A stretch of 64,000 bases of DNA from an uncultured delta proteobacterium (GTDB lineage Bacteria > Myxococcota_A > Polyangia > Fen-1088): positions 64,001 to 128,000 of the forward strand of contig CAVTRY010000021.1 of the NCBI GenBank assembly GCA_963737265.1, in the 5' to 3' direction. Made by a program: the position numbers and the translations under genes. Shown piece by piece: positions 38,700-52,078 of the stretch. How positions within the stretch are numbered: the first letter of the stretch is position 1; each line of letters begins with the position of its first letter. Under the pieces are notes generated by a model. That model made no database searches. It saw nothing but the letters and a program-made list of their open reading frames with translations, and was not told the DNA's origin.

Positions 38700-39551
38700 C
38701 TAGGGAAGCAACTGATAGAAAACCGAGCGCACGTGCCGCTTGGCCTCGAAACGCGGGCAAATGCCGCTAATCGACTCGGTGGAACCGATGATGAGGTATC
38801 CGTCCGCGGCGATGACGCGCGAAATGCTATCGAACAGCTTTCTTTTGTCGGCGTCCGAAAAGTAGATGGCGACGTTGCGACAGAAAATGATGTCGAACTT
38901 GGTCGGGAAGGAATAGGGCTCGAGCAGGTTGATGGTCTTGAAGGTCGTGAGAGCGCGAATCGGGTCGCGCACCTTGAAATCGGGACCGTCGGGCTGAAAA
39001 TACGTGCTCAGCTTGTCGGGCGTCAAACCACGGTCGAGCTCCAGCTTGGTGTACTTGCCGTAGCTGGCCTGGGCGATGACCTTGTCGGAAATATCGGTGC
39101 CGAGGATGCGAACCTCGAACCTGTTCATGTCGACCAGCGTCTCCTTGCACACGATGGCCGTGCTGTAGACCTCTTGGCCGGTCGAGCTGGCGGCACTCCA
39201 AATGCGCAAGGTTATCGGCCGCCCTTTGCCGAGTTGGCCAAGCTGCCGGGTTCGCGCATCGACCAAATCGGGAAGAATCTTGTTGCGGAGCATATCGAAT
39301 GGCGAGGAATCGCGAAAAAACGAGGTCTCGTTGGTGGTGATGGCGCCGATCACCTTGCGCTTGAGCGTGCCGGCAGCATCCCCGATCACGCGGTCGAGCA
39401 ACTGTTTGTAGCTGGTGCTGCCAGTTTCGCGCAAGAGCGGCGCGAGGCGCGTCTCGATCAGGTATCCCTTGGTTGCGTCGAGAGAGATGCGCGTAATCGA
39501 ATAGACATAGGAGGACCACAGCGAGAACTCGTTGCCTTCCAGCCGACTCAC
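38700..39551 (-). CDS. cheR: Chemotaxis methyltransferase
   Basis: TTNETSFFRD, IWSAASSTGQE, FCRNVAIYF, IGSTES. Confidence 0.93.
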   Translation of the reverse strand: MSRLEGNEFSLWSSYVYSITRISLDATKGYLIETRLAPLLRETGSTSYKQLLDRVIGDAAGTLKRKVIGAITTNETSFFRDSSPFDMLRNKILPDLVDARTRQLGQLGKGRPITLRIWSAASSTGQEVYSTAIVCKETLVDMNRFEVRILGTDISDKVIAQASYGKYTKLELDRGLTPDKLSTYFQPDGPDFKVRDPIRALTTFKTINLLEPYSFPTKFDIIFCRNVAIYFSDADKRKLFDSISRVIAADGYLIIGSTESISGICPRFEAKRHVRSVFYQLLP

Positions 39552-40663
39552 GACCCCCGCCCCCTGACGGTGGCGTGAATGCGCGCCGCAATCGCGTCGA
39601 GGGGCAAGACCACGTCGACCACGCCTGCCTCGACGGCCGCCTTGGGCATGCCGTACACGATGGATGTCGCTTCGTCCTGGGCGATGGTGAAACAGCCGTG
39701 CCGGCGCAGCAAGCGCAGTCCCAGGGTACCGTCGCTGCCCATACCGGTAAGGATCACGGCCATGGCCCGGCCAGGAAAGTTATTCGCCGCCGAACGAAAC
39801 AGATAGTCCACCGCGGGCCGGCAGTTGTTCTCGGGTGGATCGTCGGTAATCTGGGCGCGCGCCTGTCCGTCGGGCCCGGCAACCAGGCGAAGCTGTCGGC
39901 CCCCGGGGGCGATGAGCACCAGTCCAGGCTCTGCCCGGTCACCGTCGGCGGCTTCGCGCACGCGCAGGGAGCACTTGCTGGCCAGACTCTCGGCCAACGA
40001 CTGCGTGAACACCGGCGGCATGTGCTGAACCACGACGATGGGCGCCCCAATATCCTTGGGAACGCAAGGCAGCAGCCGTGCCAGCGCGGCCGGACCGCCG
40101 GTCGACACGCCGATGAGGACCAGCTCGGGAAGCTTTCCGAGCAAACGAGTCGTATTTCCCTTGGCAGGACGAGTCGGATCGGGCGCCGGCGAAGATCGGG
40201 ACATCGCGGTCGCAGGCGGCGAGCCGCTGCCACCCGGTCGCAAGATACTGCGGATCTGCCGCCGATGGGCCAGTGCGCGCAGCCTGGGCGCCAGCTCGCC
40301 GACGATCATGGCCTTGCTTTCGGCGGCGCTTTTCCCCTGCGGCTTGGTGATAAAGTCGAACGCGCCCTTTTCCAGGGCCTGCATGGTCAAGCGGCCGCCG
40401 CGCAAAGTGACCGCGCTAATCACCATGACCGACGTGGTACTGCCCGCCTGCTTCAAGGCATCAAGGACGGCCAGCCCGTCCATTTCTGGCATTTCGATGT
40501 CGAGGGTGAGCAGGTCGGGCTGAAGTTCCTTGACCTTCTGAACGGCGATCTTGCCATTCGGAGCCGAGCCAACGACTTCGACGTCGGCAATCTCGCCCAA
40601 GGCATCGCTGATAGCGCGCCGGAACAGCGCCGAGTCGTCCGCCACCAGTACTCGAAGTGCCAT
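39548..40663 (-). CDS. cheB: Chemotaxis methylesterase with receiver domain
   Basis: REC (ADDS, LDIEMP) plus GVSTGGP, QHMP and GMGSDG. Confidence 0.95.
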   Translation of the reverse strand: MALRVLVADDSALFRRAISDALGEIADVEVVGSAPNGKIAVQKVKELQPDLLTLDIEMPEMDGLAVLDALKQAGSTTSVMVISAVTLRGGRLTMQALEKGAFDFITKPQGKSAAESKAMIVGELAPRLRALAHRRQIRSILRPGGSGSPPATAMSRSSPAPDPTRPAKGNTTRLLGKLPELVLIGVSTGGPAALARLLPCVPKDIGAPIVVVQHMPPVFTQSLAESLASKCSLRVREAADGDRAEPGLVLIAPGGRQLRLVAGPDGQARAQITDDPPENNCRPAVDYLFRSAANNFPGRAMAVILTGMGSDGTLGLRLLRRHGCFTIAQDEATSIVYGMPKAAVEAGVVDVVLPLDAIAARIHATVRGRGS

Positions 40664-40728
40664 TGGTCTTTGTCCGCGTCGCGTCCGTTACTTCTTGTGC
40701 AACCTGGTTGACGCCCTTGTCGCGGAGC

Positions 40729-41223
40729 CTACGCGGACACGGGAGCAACCTTTTCACTGTCGCTTTCGAGAGTCAGCACCTTGTCCAAATCGAGCATGGC
40801 CACGATGCGATCGCCGGAGCGAAACACGCCGGTCATGCGGTGGCTCTGCGCCGAGCGCACGTTCTCGGGCGCGGGACCCACCGACTCCAGATCCACCGAA
40901 AGAACATCCTCCATTTTGTTGACCACGAGCCCGATGCGTTCGCCCGACCATTCGACGATGATGATGCGCTTGTCGCCGCTCAGGTCGGCCTCGCCGAGGC
41001 CAAGCCGCGCCGAGAGGTCGATGACGGTCGAGATGTGACCGCGCAGATTCATCACGCCGACCACGCAGCTTGCCGCGTGGTGGACCGGCGTGACGGTCGC
41101 GAGACGAACCACCTCCTGAACGTGGGACGTCTCCATCCCGAAAAGAGATCCGGAAACGTCGAAGGTGATCACCAATGCCTGTCGATCGCTCTTAGCTGCC
41201 CGCGCTGCTGTCTCCGTGCCCAT
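40729..41223 (-). CDS. cheW: Chemotaxis coupling protein
   Basis: GVMNLRG, VIDL, IGLVV. Confidence 0.9.
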   Translation of the reverse strand: MGTETAARAAKSDRQALVITFDVSGSLFGMETSHVQEVVRLATVTPVHHAASCVVGVMNLRGHISTVIDLSARLGLGEADLSGDKRIIIVEWSGERIGLVVNKMEDVLSVDLESVGPAPENVRSAQSHRMTGVFRSGDRIVAMLDLDKVLTLESDSEKVAPVSA

Positions 41224-41233
41224 GGAATCGTCC

Positions 41234-42910
41234 CTAAATCTTGAAGCGAGAAACGCGCTCTTTGAGCTGCTCGGCGAGGCCGGACAGCTCCGCGGAGCTC
41301 GCCTGGACCTGCCCGCTGCCCGTCACCAAATCCGACACCGTCGTGTTCACGGTGGCGATGTCCTTCGCGATAGTCTGCGAAACCGACGCGGTCTGCGCCA
41401 CGCGTTCGTTCGCGTCTTTCACGCCAGTCGTGGCCTGGGCGATGTTCGACGCCACGTCTTTGGTCACGCTGGACTGTTCTTCGATGGCCGCCGCGATGGA
41501 AGAAACGATGTCGCCGACTTCCTTGATGACCTGGGCGATCTTTTCGATATCGCCCATGGCACCGCCCGTCGAAGCCTGGATGCCTGAAATCTTGCTCTTG
41601 ATGTCCTCGGTCGCCGACGCCGTCTGCTGGGCCAGCTCTTTGATTTCGTTGGCCACCACCGCGAAGCCCTTGCCCGCGGCGCCGGCGCGCGCGGCTTCAA
41701 TCGTCGCATTGAGCGCCAGCAAGTTGGTTTGCGCGGAAATACTGGTGATGGTCTCGGTGACCTTGCCGATGTCCTGCGCTGCCCGTCCCAGCTCCTTCAT
41801 CATGGCCGAGATGGTCTCGGCCTGGCTGGTCGCCTCGCTGCTGATGGCGCGCGCCTTTTCGGCGTTGGAAGCGATTTCGCCCACGGTGGCGCTCATTTCC
41901 TCGGTCGCGCTCGCCACCGAAGTTAGGTTGGCCGTGGTCTGCTCCATGGCCGCGGCCACGGATGTCGTGTTGGCGCTGGATTCCTCGGCGGCTGCGGCCA
42001 CGGTGGTCGCCAGACCGGCGACCTCCTTGCTGCCCTTGGACAGTCCATCCGAAACCGAGGACATTTCCGTCGATGCGGCGGCCAGGGTCTGGGCGCCGCC
42101 GCCGACCTCGCCGACCATTTCGCGTAGGTTCTTGGTGAGATCCCGCGTGGCACGGGCCAGATCGCCGGTTTCGTCGCTGCGGGCCATTAACTCGGCCGAC
42201 ATTTCGGCCGTCAGATCGCCATTGGCAACCTCGGACAGCGTCTTCACCGTCGCATGAATCGGACCGGAGATGCTGCGCGTGATGGACACGCCGAAGAAAG
42301 TCGCCAGACCGAGCGCGAGCAGACCGACGGCTATCAGAATTCGACGGGTTGAAGTCAGGAAGGCCTGCGCCTTGTCCTGTGCCTCCTTGACTTCGTCGGT
42401 GGTAGCTTTCTTCAGTTCTTCACAGGCGCTGATGACCTTGTCCATCTTGGGCACGTTGACAGTGAGGTAAAGATTCGCGGCCTCGGCGTCCTGACCAGCC
42501 GCCGCAAATCTTCCAATCTTCTGATTCGTGTCCCGCGCTTCGGAGATCTGCTCCTCGACAGCACCTATCAACGCTTGATCCCTTGGGGTTGGGTTCGCCG
42601 CCTTAATTTCCTCCAGCCGTTTCAGATAGCGCTCACGCAGGGTCCGCGCCTCTTCGAGACGCTCTTCCTTTTGTGTCTTGTCCCGACTGAACACCGCGAC
42701 GCCCAGGTTGCGTCCAATCGCCTCCACATCCCGCTGAACTCCAGAGGCCAGATAGGCGCGTGTCTCGGTCTGGACGGCGACGCCATTCATGTCGTCAAGC
42801 GCGTTCTGCGCCCAGATCGAGACGCCGGTCATCCCCATCATCACCAGGGTGACGACCCCGAAACCAACCATCAGTCGCTTGCCAATCTTCATATTTGTCA
42901 GCACGTTCAT
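41234..42910 (-). CDS. Methyl-accepting chemotaxis protein (4HB sensor, HAMP)
   Basis: Two TM helices; [29 protein letters not shown]. Confidence 0.95.
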   Translation of the reverse strand: MNVLTNMKIGKRLMVGFGVVTLVMMGMTGVSIWAQNALDDMNGVAVQTETRAYLASGVQRDVEAIGRNLGVAVFSRDKTQKEERLEEARTLRERYLKRLEEIKAANPTPRDQALIGAVEEQISEARDTNQKIGRFAAAGQDAEAANLYLTVNVPKMDKVISACEELKKATTDEVKEAQDKAQAFLTSTRRILIAVGLLALGLATFFGVSITRSISGPIHATVKTLSEVANGDLTAEMSAELMARSDETGDLARATRDLTKNLREMVGEVGGGAQTLAAASTEMSSVSDGLSKGSKEVAGLATTVAAAAEESSANTTSVAAAMEQTTANLTSVASATEEMSATVGEIASNAEKARAISSEATSQAETISAMMKELGRAAQDIGKVTETITSISAQTNLLALNATIEAARAGAAGKGFAVVANEIKELAQQTASATEDIKSKISGIQASTGGAMGDIEKIAQVIKEVGDIVSSIAAAIEEQSSVTKDVASNIAQATTGVKDANERVAQTASVSQTIAKDIATVNTTVSDLVTGSGQVQASSAELSGLAEQLKERVSRFKI

Positions 42911-42933
42911 GGTCTTCCCTCTTCTCTCGGCTC

Positions 42934-45900
42934 CTAGGCCCCTGCTTGCAGCTCCTCGGCACCCACCGCTCCGGCACTCGGCCCACCCCGGCGCGCCAAA
43001 AGTGCCTGCAGCGCTTCGAGCAAGTGGTCGCGGTCCAACTTGATTTGGTACTCATCCACGCCCGCTGCCTTGCCCTTGGCGATGTCCTCTTCGCTGGCCA
43101 GGCTGGTCAGCGCGATAATGGGCAGATGACTTGCCCGCGCGTCCTGGCGCACGCGCGCGGCGAGTCCCAGGCCGGTCAGGTTCGGCATCTCGATGTCGGT
43201 CACGATGGCTTGGACGGTGTCGGCATTCTCTTGCAGAAGCTTCCACGCCACCTCGCCATCTTCCGCTTCGAGGACCGTGTATCCGCCCGATTCGAGGTAA
43301 CGTTTCACCTGCGCGCGAAAGAAATCCGAGTCCTCGGCCAGCAAGACTTGACGACCCGAGGTTGTCGTCTCGGACTTTTCGGCTACCCGTTGCAGATTCC
43401 ACTCGGGGTAGACCGTCTGGGCGATCTCGAAGATGTCCGCGACGAGCACCGTGGTATCGCGAATGATGGTCGACCCAACGATGCCGGTTTGACGGTGGGT
43501 CACGCCATCGATGATGGCCTTGGAGTCGATCACGTCCACCGGCATGGCGGCAAGCAGTCCAACCTCGCGATCGCCGACCTTGGCCACGATCACCGCAAGG
43601 TCCTGGTCGTCCGCGATGCTGCCCACGCGCGCGACATCCGAAAGCGTGACCAGGGGCAGGAACGCTCCCCGGTATTGCATGGTGCGTTTGCCGCCGATGT
43701 TCTCGACCTGCTTGGGCGTCGCCTTCTCGACGCGAACCACGCTATCGAGCGGCGTCGCGCACAGCTCGTGGCTGGCGTTGTAGAAGAGCAAGTACGACCG
43801 ATTCTCGACCAGCTTGTCGGTCTCGCTTTCCAGCTCTGCCGCGCGGGCCGCGCCGGCCGCATTCACGAGCTGCGCCTTGCCCGCCAAGCCCGCAACGTCC
43901 ACGATGAGCGCCACCGTGCCGTCGCCCATGATGGTGGCCCCGGCATACTCGGGCAATCCCTTGAGATGGCGACCGAGGGGTTTGACGACGATTTCCTCGC
44001 CGGTGTGGAAAGAATCCACCACCAACCCGTACTTCATGGCACCCATGGTGACCACGACGATCTCCATGTCGCTGTTCGCGCTCTGCCTGCGATCGCCGAC
44101 TTGGCGTGGCGAACCGCATTTTTCGCCGGCGTCCCCATCCTCCGCGTGCATGGCGGCGCCACGCACCGGCGAGCGGCGATCGGCCAGACGGGCGCGCCGG
44201 TCGGGGCTGCTTTCGCCCGTGTGGGGATCGCCGTACTCTCTGACGATGCCAAGCACATCGGCGAAACGCACGATGGGAATCAGTTCGTCGCGCAACACCA
44301 GCACCTCGGCATCGCCGATGATCTCGATGCGCTCCTTGATCTTCTCGGCGCGAATGCGCAGAAGCTCGACCACGCTGATTTGCGGGATGGCGAAGCGTTC
44401 GTTGTTCACGCTGACCACCAGCGACGGGATGATGGCCAGGGTCAGCGGCAACTTGATGCGGAAGAGCGTGCCCTGCCCCACCTCGGACTCAATTTCGATT
44501 TTTCCGCCCAAGCGCGTGAGGTTGGTCTTGACCACGTCCATGCCGACGCCGCGGCCCGAAACATCGGTCACCTTCTCGGCCGTGGACAGTCCGGGCAAGA
44601 AGATGAGCATCATCTTCTCTTGGTCCGTCATCGCCTGCAGCGCCTCTTGCGACATCAGCCCGCGGGCGAGCGCGGCAGCGGCGATCTTGTTGGGATCGAT
44701 TCCCTTTCCGTCGTCCGCGATTTCGACGACGACCTGCCCTGCTTCGTGCCGGGCCTCGATGCGCATGGTGCCGCTCGGGCGCTTGCCCAGGCGCGAGCGC
44801 TCGTCGGTGCTTTCGATGCCGTGGTCGGCGGCGTTGCGAACCATGTGGGTCAGCGGATCGGACAGTCCCTCGATGAGGCTCTTGTCGAGACCGACATCCT
44901 TGCCGCGAATATCGAGCTGGATATCTTTCTTTAGGGAATGCGCCATGTCGCGCACGACCCGGGGAAACTTGGCGAACACATTCCCGATGGGCTGCATGCG
45001 CGTCTGCATGATCGCGTCCTGGAGCTCGGACGTAACCAGGTTGATGCGCTGGAAGCTGGCCTGAACGCCCCGGAACGCGGACTGCGCGAGCACCGCGCGC
45101 AGCTGATTGCGGCTCAGCACCAACTCGCCCGCCAGATTCATCAGCGATTCAAGCAGGCCGACGCTGACGCGCAAGGTGCCCTCCGCCGCGACACCGCCCT
45201 CCTTTTCCTTGCCGGCAGTGGATGACGACCCGCTGGTTGGCCGCGGCGACACGGTTGCCGCTTTTGCAACCGGGGCTTTGGCCTGTGCGAGTGGAGGCGC
45301 GGGTGAGGCATCGGCGGGCATTGCCGGGCGGCCGACTGGCGCGACGGCGACCTCGGGGCTGTTCATCAGCCTGACCTTGCTCGCCTCCAGCACGAAGGGC
45401 TCCGCGCCAGGGTCGATTCTTGTCTTGCTGGCATAGACGATTCTCGTCGGCAGGCGTTTCCCGCCTGGGGATTCGAGGCTCCCCGCGGCCTCGATGGCCA
45501 CGTTGCAATCCAAGATTTCGCCGGCCCCTTTTAGGCCGCGAAAGAAGTCGGTCAAGTCGCGACCTCGCTCTTCCACGTCAGCGCACAGGTCGACTTCCAT
45601 TTGGTAGATGAACTTCGCGCCTTCCGCTTCGACCGCGGGTGGCGGATCAGGCGAAACATCTTGTAGCACCGCCTGCAGCTCGGTGCCGGTCGCGGTCACC
45701 ATCGTCGTCACAGCGGTCGGATGGACTGGCGCCTGGGCGGTCGCGGCCAAATCGGTCAAGCTGGCGAGGAAGGTGTCGGTATCCACCGTCTCGCTGCGAG
45801 TCGGATCGTTCACCATCTCGCGCAACTTGTCGAAGGCGCCCAGAAGCAGATTCGTGATCTCCGCGTTCGGTCCGAGCTTGCGCGAGCGAATGAGATCCAG

Positions 45901-46122
45901 CACGGTTTCGGCCTTGTGGGCCAGTTCCTTGATGCGATTCAGCCCGAAGAACCCGCTGGCGCCCTTGATCGAGTGAGCCGCGCGGAAGACCTTGTTGACC
46001 AGGTCTTCGTCGATGTCGACGCCCGCTTCCTCGATGGAAAGAAGATCGGCTTCGATCGTCGCCAGGTGTTCGCGCGCTTCGGCGACGAACTCAGCCAGAA
46101 TGTCATCGTCCATCTGTCCCAT
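42934..46122 (-). CDS. cheA: Hybrid CheA (Hpt, kinase, two CheW domains, C-terminal REC)
   Basis: [28 protein letters not shown]-terminal AEDS / TDIEMP. Confidence 0.95.
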   Translation of the reverse strand: MGQMDDDILAEFVAEAREHLATIEADLLSIEEAGVDIDEDLVNKVFRAAHSIKGASGFFGLNRIKELAHKAETVLDLIRSRKLGPNAEITNLLLGAFDKLREMVNDPTRSETVDTDTFLASLTDLAATAQAPVHPTAVTTMVTATGTELQAVLQDVSPDPPPAVEAEGAKFIYQMEVDLCADVEERGRDLTDFFRGLKGAGEILDCNVAIEAAGSLESPGGKRLPTRIVYASKTRIDPGAEPFVLEASKVRLMNSPEVAVAPVGRPAMPADASPAPPLAQAKAPVAKAATVSPRPTSGSSSTAGKEKEGGVAAEGTLRVSVGLLESLMNLAGELVLSRNQLRAVLAQSAFRGVQASFQRINLVTSELQDAIMQTRMQPIGNVFAKFPRVVRDMAHSLKKDIQLDIRGKDVGLDKSLIEGLSDPLTHMVRNAADHGIESTDERSRLGKRPSGTMRIEARHEAGQVVVEIADDGKGIDPNKIAAAALARGLMSQEALQAMTDQEKMMLIFLPGLSTAEKVTDVSGRGVGMDVVKTNLTRLGGKIEIESEVGQGTLFRIKLPLTLAIIPSLVVSVNNERFAIPQISVVELLRIRAEKIKERIEIIGDAEVLVLRDELIPIVRFADVLGIVREYGDPHTGESSPDRRARLADRRSPVRGAAMHAEDGDAGEKCGSPRQVGDRRQSANSDMEIVVVTMGAMKYGLVVDSFHTGEEIVVKPLGRHLKGLPEYAGATIMGDGTVALIVDVAGLAGKAQLVNAAGAARAAELESETDKLVENRSYLLFYNASHELCATPLDSVVRVEKATPKQVENIGGKRTMQYRGAFLPLVTLSDVARVGSIADDQDLAVIVAKVGDREVGLLAAMPVDVIDSKAIIDGVTHRQTGIVGSTIIRDTTVLVADIFEIAQTVYPEWNLQRVAEKSETTTSGRQVLLAEDSDFFRAQVKRYLESGGYTVLEAEDGEVAWKLLQENADTVQAIVTDIEMPNLTGLGLAARVRQDARASHLPIIALTSLASEEDIAKGKAAGVDEYQIKLDRDHLLEALQALLARRGGPSAGAVGAEELQAGA

Positions 46123-46128
46123 GACGAA

Positions 46129-46437
46129 TTACCCGATTTGCGCGCCCAAGCGCTCGGCCAGTCGGAGCGTTTCAAGCAGCGAGAAAACCTCGCGCGGAAC
46201 GCGAACCAACTTCAGTGATTTGCCACTCGCAAAGCTGCTATACGCCGCCAACAACAAGAGAATGCCGGCGCCATCCACGAGCCCGGTCTGGGAAAAATCC
46301 AGTACCAAGTCGTTCACCCCGTCTTCCTGAATCGCGCACAAAAGGTCCCGCAATTCCGGGACGACCGCGGCCGAAAGCTCGCCACCAACGACAACCTTGA
46401 CCTTGGAGCCTTCACGCTCGAGCACGAAGTCACTCAT
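46129..46437 (-). CDS. STAS-domain protein
   Basis: GELS..LVLDFSQTGLVDGAGI pattern. Confidence 0.8.
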   Translation of the reverse strand: MSDFVLEREGSKVKVVVGGELSAAVVPELRDLLCAIQEDGVNDLVLDFSQTGLVDGAGILLLLAAYSSFASGKSLKLVRVPREVFSLLETLRLAERLGAQIG

Positions 46438-46498
46438 GGCGTTTCCCTTGGGACTTGCCTTGATGACGAAGGGAACAACGAATGCGACACCCTACTTC

Positions 46499-46525
46499 TC
46501 ATCGGAATGCGGACAGAATCCTTAA
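46499..46525 (-). promoter_or_regulatory. Possible sigma28 (FliA)-type promoter of the STAS-cheA operon
   Basis: TTAA-N15-TCCGATGA versus consensus TAAA-N15-GCCGATAA. Confidence 0.4.
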
Positions 46526-46674
46526 GCAATTCCGGTCGCGGAGGATTTCACCGAAGAAGAAATGGGCAGCTTAAGTTCTGGAAACTCGCTTCCGATGCTA
46601 GTTCCATTCCAGAGGCCATGCACGGAGGCCGGTCATGGCTGGAACCACCTCAGTTCGCCTGACAGAGGACACCA

Positions 46675-46980
46675 TGCAAGGGAAATCCGCGAAGAAGCGT
46701 CTGACTGGAATCCTTGCGGTGTCTCTTCGGGAGCTCATGGACGAGAGTGCCGCTGGCGCACGGAATTGAGCGAAGCACTTGCCGCGTCCATCGGATTCGA
46801 TGGCGAAGACCTGCGCGGCGCGTTTACTGGCTTGAGCTCGACATCGGGCCAGGTTTCAAACTTGCCGACCAACCGGTCTGCGTGAACGAGCCGGGCCTCC
46901 CCGAGGGCAGTCTAGTCCTGTTTCTAGAGGCGAATGACCCACGATGAAAGCGGCGACCGTTCTGGTCGTCGATGACGCGA
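46675..46980 (+). pseudogene. Remnants of cheX-like and cheY-like genes
   Basis: LAASIGFDGEDLRGAF (CheX-like), GSLVLFLE, then MKAATVLVVDD (REC start) that breaks off. Confidence 0.45.
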
Positions 46981-47036
46981 CTTCGCCCCGACAAAGCGGT
47001 GGCCGCTTTGCGCTGCGAAGCTGCAGCCGGTGCCCC

Positions 47037-48161
47037 TCACGCTGCCTGCGCGCGAGCTTCGTCCACCGTTGTGAAACAGCGGAGATCCTTGGTTTCCTGG
47101 AAGCCCCGCAACGCCTTGGGAAATTCGGGCGAGGCGACAACCTTGACGGTGATGCCGAGATCGGCTGCCGTTTTGAAGGTATCGACGAGGAACTGGGCCA
47201 CGCGCGCCGGCTGCTGTAGCGGCAAATGGGTGGCATCAATGACCGCGTTTTCGAAGCAAGCCTCGCCCAGTTTCTGCACCACGGACTTCACGTCCACCAC
47301 CAGCTTGGTGAAGTAGCGTTCCAGCCGGTCTTCCTTGCCAGCGAAGGGCGAAATCTGAATCAGGTCCTCCTTGGTCACGAACAGGTTTTCGTTCTTGGCC
47401 GAGTATTGCTCGACGAGGGCATCGATGGATTCCTGCGTGAATGGCTTGAGCATGGCATCGTCGAAGCCGAGATCGCGCATTTCCTTCGCGACGTTGTTTG
47501 CGCTACGTAAGGCCATGCCCCAAATACCGGCCCCGGGTTGAAGCAGACGCAATTGCTTGACGAGCGGCGCAGGGCCACCTGCCTGAATCTCGGCGTCCAC
47601 AAGAATCACGCGGAACTTCTTTCCGCGCGAAACCGTCAGCCCATCCTGAACCGTCAAAGCGGTCTCCAACGTGATGGCCTCGGGCATCATGGTACGCAGC
47701 TTCTTGTGCACGTTCTCCATGTCGTCGATAACGAGAATCATGAGTTTGCCGTCGGCCGCGTCCGCCGTCCCCGCGCCCACTTTCTGCGCGACGTAGTCCG
47801 CCGGCAACTTAAGGGCCTTGAGCACCTTGGCGCGCAACTCGTCGCCCTTGAAGGGCTTGAGCACATAATCCTGAATGCCGAGCTTCATCAGCGCGGCGAT
47901 GATCGACGTTTTCGATTCAGACGTGAGCATGAGGACCGGGGTCTTGTCGCCGCCCTCGCGCATCTTGGCCAGCATGCCCGGCCCATCGAGGTTCGGCATG
48001 GTGACGTCGAGGACAACCAAGTCGTAGCTGCCCTCTTGCAGCTTCTTGAGGCCATCGTTCCCATCCTCGGCCTCGCCGACTTCGAACCCCATTTCGACCA
48101 ACGCCTTGGACACGATCATGCGAATAGGCCGACTATCGTCCACCGTCAAAATTCGCGGCAT
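47037..48161 (-). CDS. Response regulator with two REC domains and a STAS-like tail
   Basis: TVDDS / LDVTMP / KPF and VIDDM / LVDAE / KPF. Confidence 0.85.
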   Translation of the reverse strand: MPRILTVDDSRPIRMIVSKALVEMGFEVGEAEDGNDGLKKLQEGSYDLVVLDVTMPNLDGPGMLAKMREGGDKTPVLMLTSESKTSIIAALMKLGIQDYVLKPFKGDELRAKVLKALKLPADYVAQKVGAGTADAADGKLMILVIDDMENVHKKLRTMMPEAITLETALTVQDGLTVSRGKKFRVILVDAEIQAGGPAPLVKQLRLLQPGAGIWGMALRSANNVAKEMRDLGFDDAMLKPFTQESIDALVEQYSAKNENLFVTKEDLIQISPFAGKEDRLERYFTKLVVDVKSVVQKLGEACFENAVIDATHLPLQQPARVAQFLVDTFKTAADLGITVKVVASPEFPKALRGFQETKDLRCFTTVDEARAQAA

Positions 48162-48200
48162 TACATTGCTCCTTGTCAATCAACCGTTGCAATAGTCCAG

Positions 48201-48671
48201 CTAGGCGGCCTTGGCGTTCCACTTGAGGTGTCCGTCGCACGCCCACAGCGCAATCCCCACCTCGCGCGCGACCAGCACGAGGGCCGGGTGCTGGCGTGCG
48301 ATTTCTTCCAGCGCTTCCTTGTGATCGACAATCAAAGGCACACTAAGGGCCTGGTCGAGTGCCATTTCCCGTTTGAGCAGGCCAGCGGTCATGTTGACCA
48401 GCTCGCGAAGCGCATCGTTGACCATGCTGACGTCGACGCCCTCGGCTTTGCAGCCGAACATCGCCGCGGTCAGCATGGAGCATCCCGCCTCGTCGGAGGA
48501 CAGGCCGACGCTCACCGGCCGGGGTCCGGCAACCAGCATGATGGCCGTCCTCCAGTTCAGCGCGGGGTGAGCGGCCACACTTATGGCTGGCGCGAACGAG
48601 ATCCCCAACATGGTTTCGGTGACGTTGGAGACCAGGGCGGCCAACCTTTCGGCTTTGGGCATAGGCTTCAT
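48201..48671 (-). CDS. CheX-like phosphatase
   Basis: DALRELVNMTAGLLK (ExxN motif), LSVP. Confidence 0.8.
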   Translation of the reverse strand: MKPMPKAERLAALVSNVTETMLGISFAPAISVAAHPALNWRTAIMLVAGPRPVSVGLSSDEAGCSMLTAAMFGCKAEGVDVSMVNDALRELVNMTAGLLKREMALDQALSVPLIVDHKEALEEIARQHPALVLVAREVGIALWACDGHLKWNAKAA

Positions 48672-48685
48672 GGTGTTTCACTCCT

Positions 48686-50243
<1,558 letters not shown>

Positions 50244-50247
<4 letters not shown>

Positions 50248-50723
50248 AGCTCGGTCTCCTCGCCCACGGAATTGATGGTGCAACGGCCACCCGGTAGGAA
50301 TAGCCGCGCAGTCCGCGATTTCGCGCCGCCGACATCCTCAGCGGCGATCATCACACCCACCTTCCAGAACATCTTGCGAAGGATGGTGTAATTGCGTTGT
50401 CCAATGGCAAAGCGTCCACCGTCGTCGTACAAAGCTCCGCCGCCGGCCACCTTGACGACCAGATCCGGCTTCTTGCACCCGATTTCGTACATGCCATGAA
50501 ACAGCAAAGGGATCCCCGTGTCGGCGAACATGGCCGGTCGTTCCTTGGCCTTTTCGGGCGATGTCTCGCTTAGCGGAAGCATGTAATGAATCATTCCACC
50601 GGCTTTGCGAACCGGATCGTAGACAATGACGGCGATGCATGAACCGAGGGCATAGGTAACCAATACTGCGTCTGGATCGGCCGTGATCTTGAGGTCCGCA
50701 ATGTCCACCTTGACCAGATTCAA
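50244..50723 (-). CDS. cheD: Chemoreceptor glutamine deamidase
   Basis: TYALGSCIAV, HYMLP, FADTG, IGQRN, EDVGG. Confidence 0.92.
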
Positions 50724-51222
50724 AGCGCGACTCCGGGGCCTTCCTCGAAATGCAGGAAGACAGAGGGTTTCAGCATACGCAAGGACGTGCGCACGCCGCT
50801 CAGCGCCTCGGCGTGGCCAATGATAGTCGAGGAAGTTGACGACCTCTTCGGCGTTCGCCCGATTGTCAAGATAGGCTAGATACTCTCTCTCTGTCGCCAA
50901 CCCGAGCGCCCGCATGCGCTTGCCCACGCGTGCCTCGACCAGGGCTTCCTTGCTGTCACCGAGCGTGATGCCCAGGGCCAACGCATCTAAATTGTAAGTG
51001 ATCTTGCGGAGATGCCGATAGTTATGCCGGTCTCCGCGCCCGTGCGCGCTGCCGAACCTGCCTGCACACCGGCGCGCGCACCGACCCCAGGGGAAAACCT
51101 TCCAGAAATGGCCGAGACTCTGATGGATCCTGCGTCGATGTAGGATGATGCGATGGCCCTGGCGTGATGCCCGCTTGTTCATAAGCGATGCCGCAGAATC
51201 GGTGAAAGGTCGCAGCGTCCAC
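50720..51222 (-). pseudogene. cheR: Second cheR, destroyed by MITE insertion and deletion of the catalytic core
   Basis: N-terminus ..AGITLGDSKEALVEARV..VNFLD joined out of frame to C-terminus IIGHAEAL..PSVF..GVAL*. Confidence 0.8.
50973..51161. mobile_element. 189-bp MITE with ISAs1-type ends, copy 2
   Basis: 10-bp target duplication GCGTGATGCC; appears identical to 15602-15790. Confidence 0.92.
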
Positions 51223-51439
51223 GGATGATCCTCGAAAAATACCGCCTTGGAGAAAGGGGCCTCGGGGATGCCCAAAACGTCACACCCCCGAGGCCAGGCA
51301 ATAGCTAGCTAGTCTAGTGGTAGGCTAGAAGACCCTTAGAAATCCTTGAACGACGCGCCGTCGTCTTCGAGGGGAATCACATCCTGCGGCCGTTGCGACG
51401 ACCCATTCTTGCCGTTACCTGGCGTCGCATGAGGCGACT

Positions 51440-51850
51440 TGGCCGCCGAAGCGAGCTCCTCGACATCGAGCTTGACCCTACAGCCGTCCACGATACGCAC
51501 CTCTGTTCATGAGAACGCTGCGGCCTTTGTTCAATCGTTGACAACGCAGCACAGCCCCCAACCTATCGACGTATCGACAAAACGCTTGAGAGGGAATCGA
51601 CAAGAGCGTCGACAAAACCACGACTCCGACACGGCAACCCGCGTTTGCCTGCGAGGCGTTCAGCGACGGGGCTGGCCGTCTGCGATGAAGCGACGGCACG
51701 GGCGCCCGCGGGGCCGGCGCACGGCCACCGCGGTTATGTCCTTGTCCTATCGGACCAGTCGGGAAATGGTTGCCTGGAAAAGTACCCTGGGCATCGTAAA
51801 GAGGTGGCGGCCAAGACTCATCATCCCGGCCGTGGACACCGTAGCGGGCG
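51440..51850 (+). pseudogene. Possible degraded Crp/Fnr-family regulator
   Basis: Fragments TKRLR..DTATRV and TSREMV recall the Crp C-helix and HTH; heavily frameshifted. Confidence 0.3.
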
Positions 51851-52078
51851 GCTCCACGCGCCTCCTCGAAGGTTCCCGCTCGCCCATTCACACCGCTTTC
51901 GTGGCCTCCATCGAGCGCGCCGTCGTCCCCGGTCGCTCTCCGATGCAGCGCCGATGTCGGGTTCGGGCTCGAAAGTGGGCAGGCGGAAATAGACTGCGCG
52001 CATGGTGAGCAGGGGTGCTTCCCTGAAATGGGGGCTGTGGCTTCACCTCGCCCCGCGCAGGTGGGATCGGAGGGAAAA

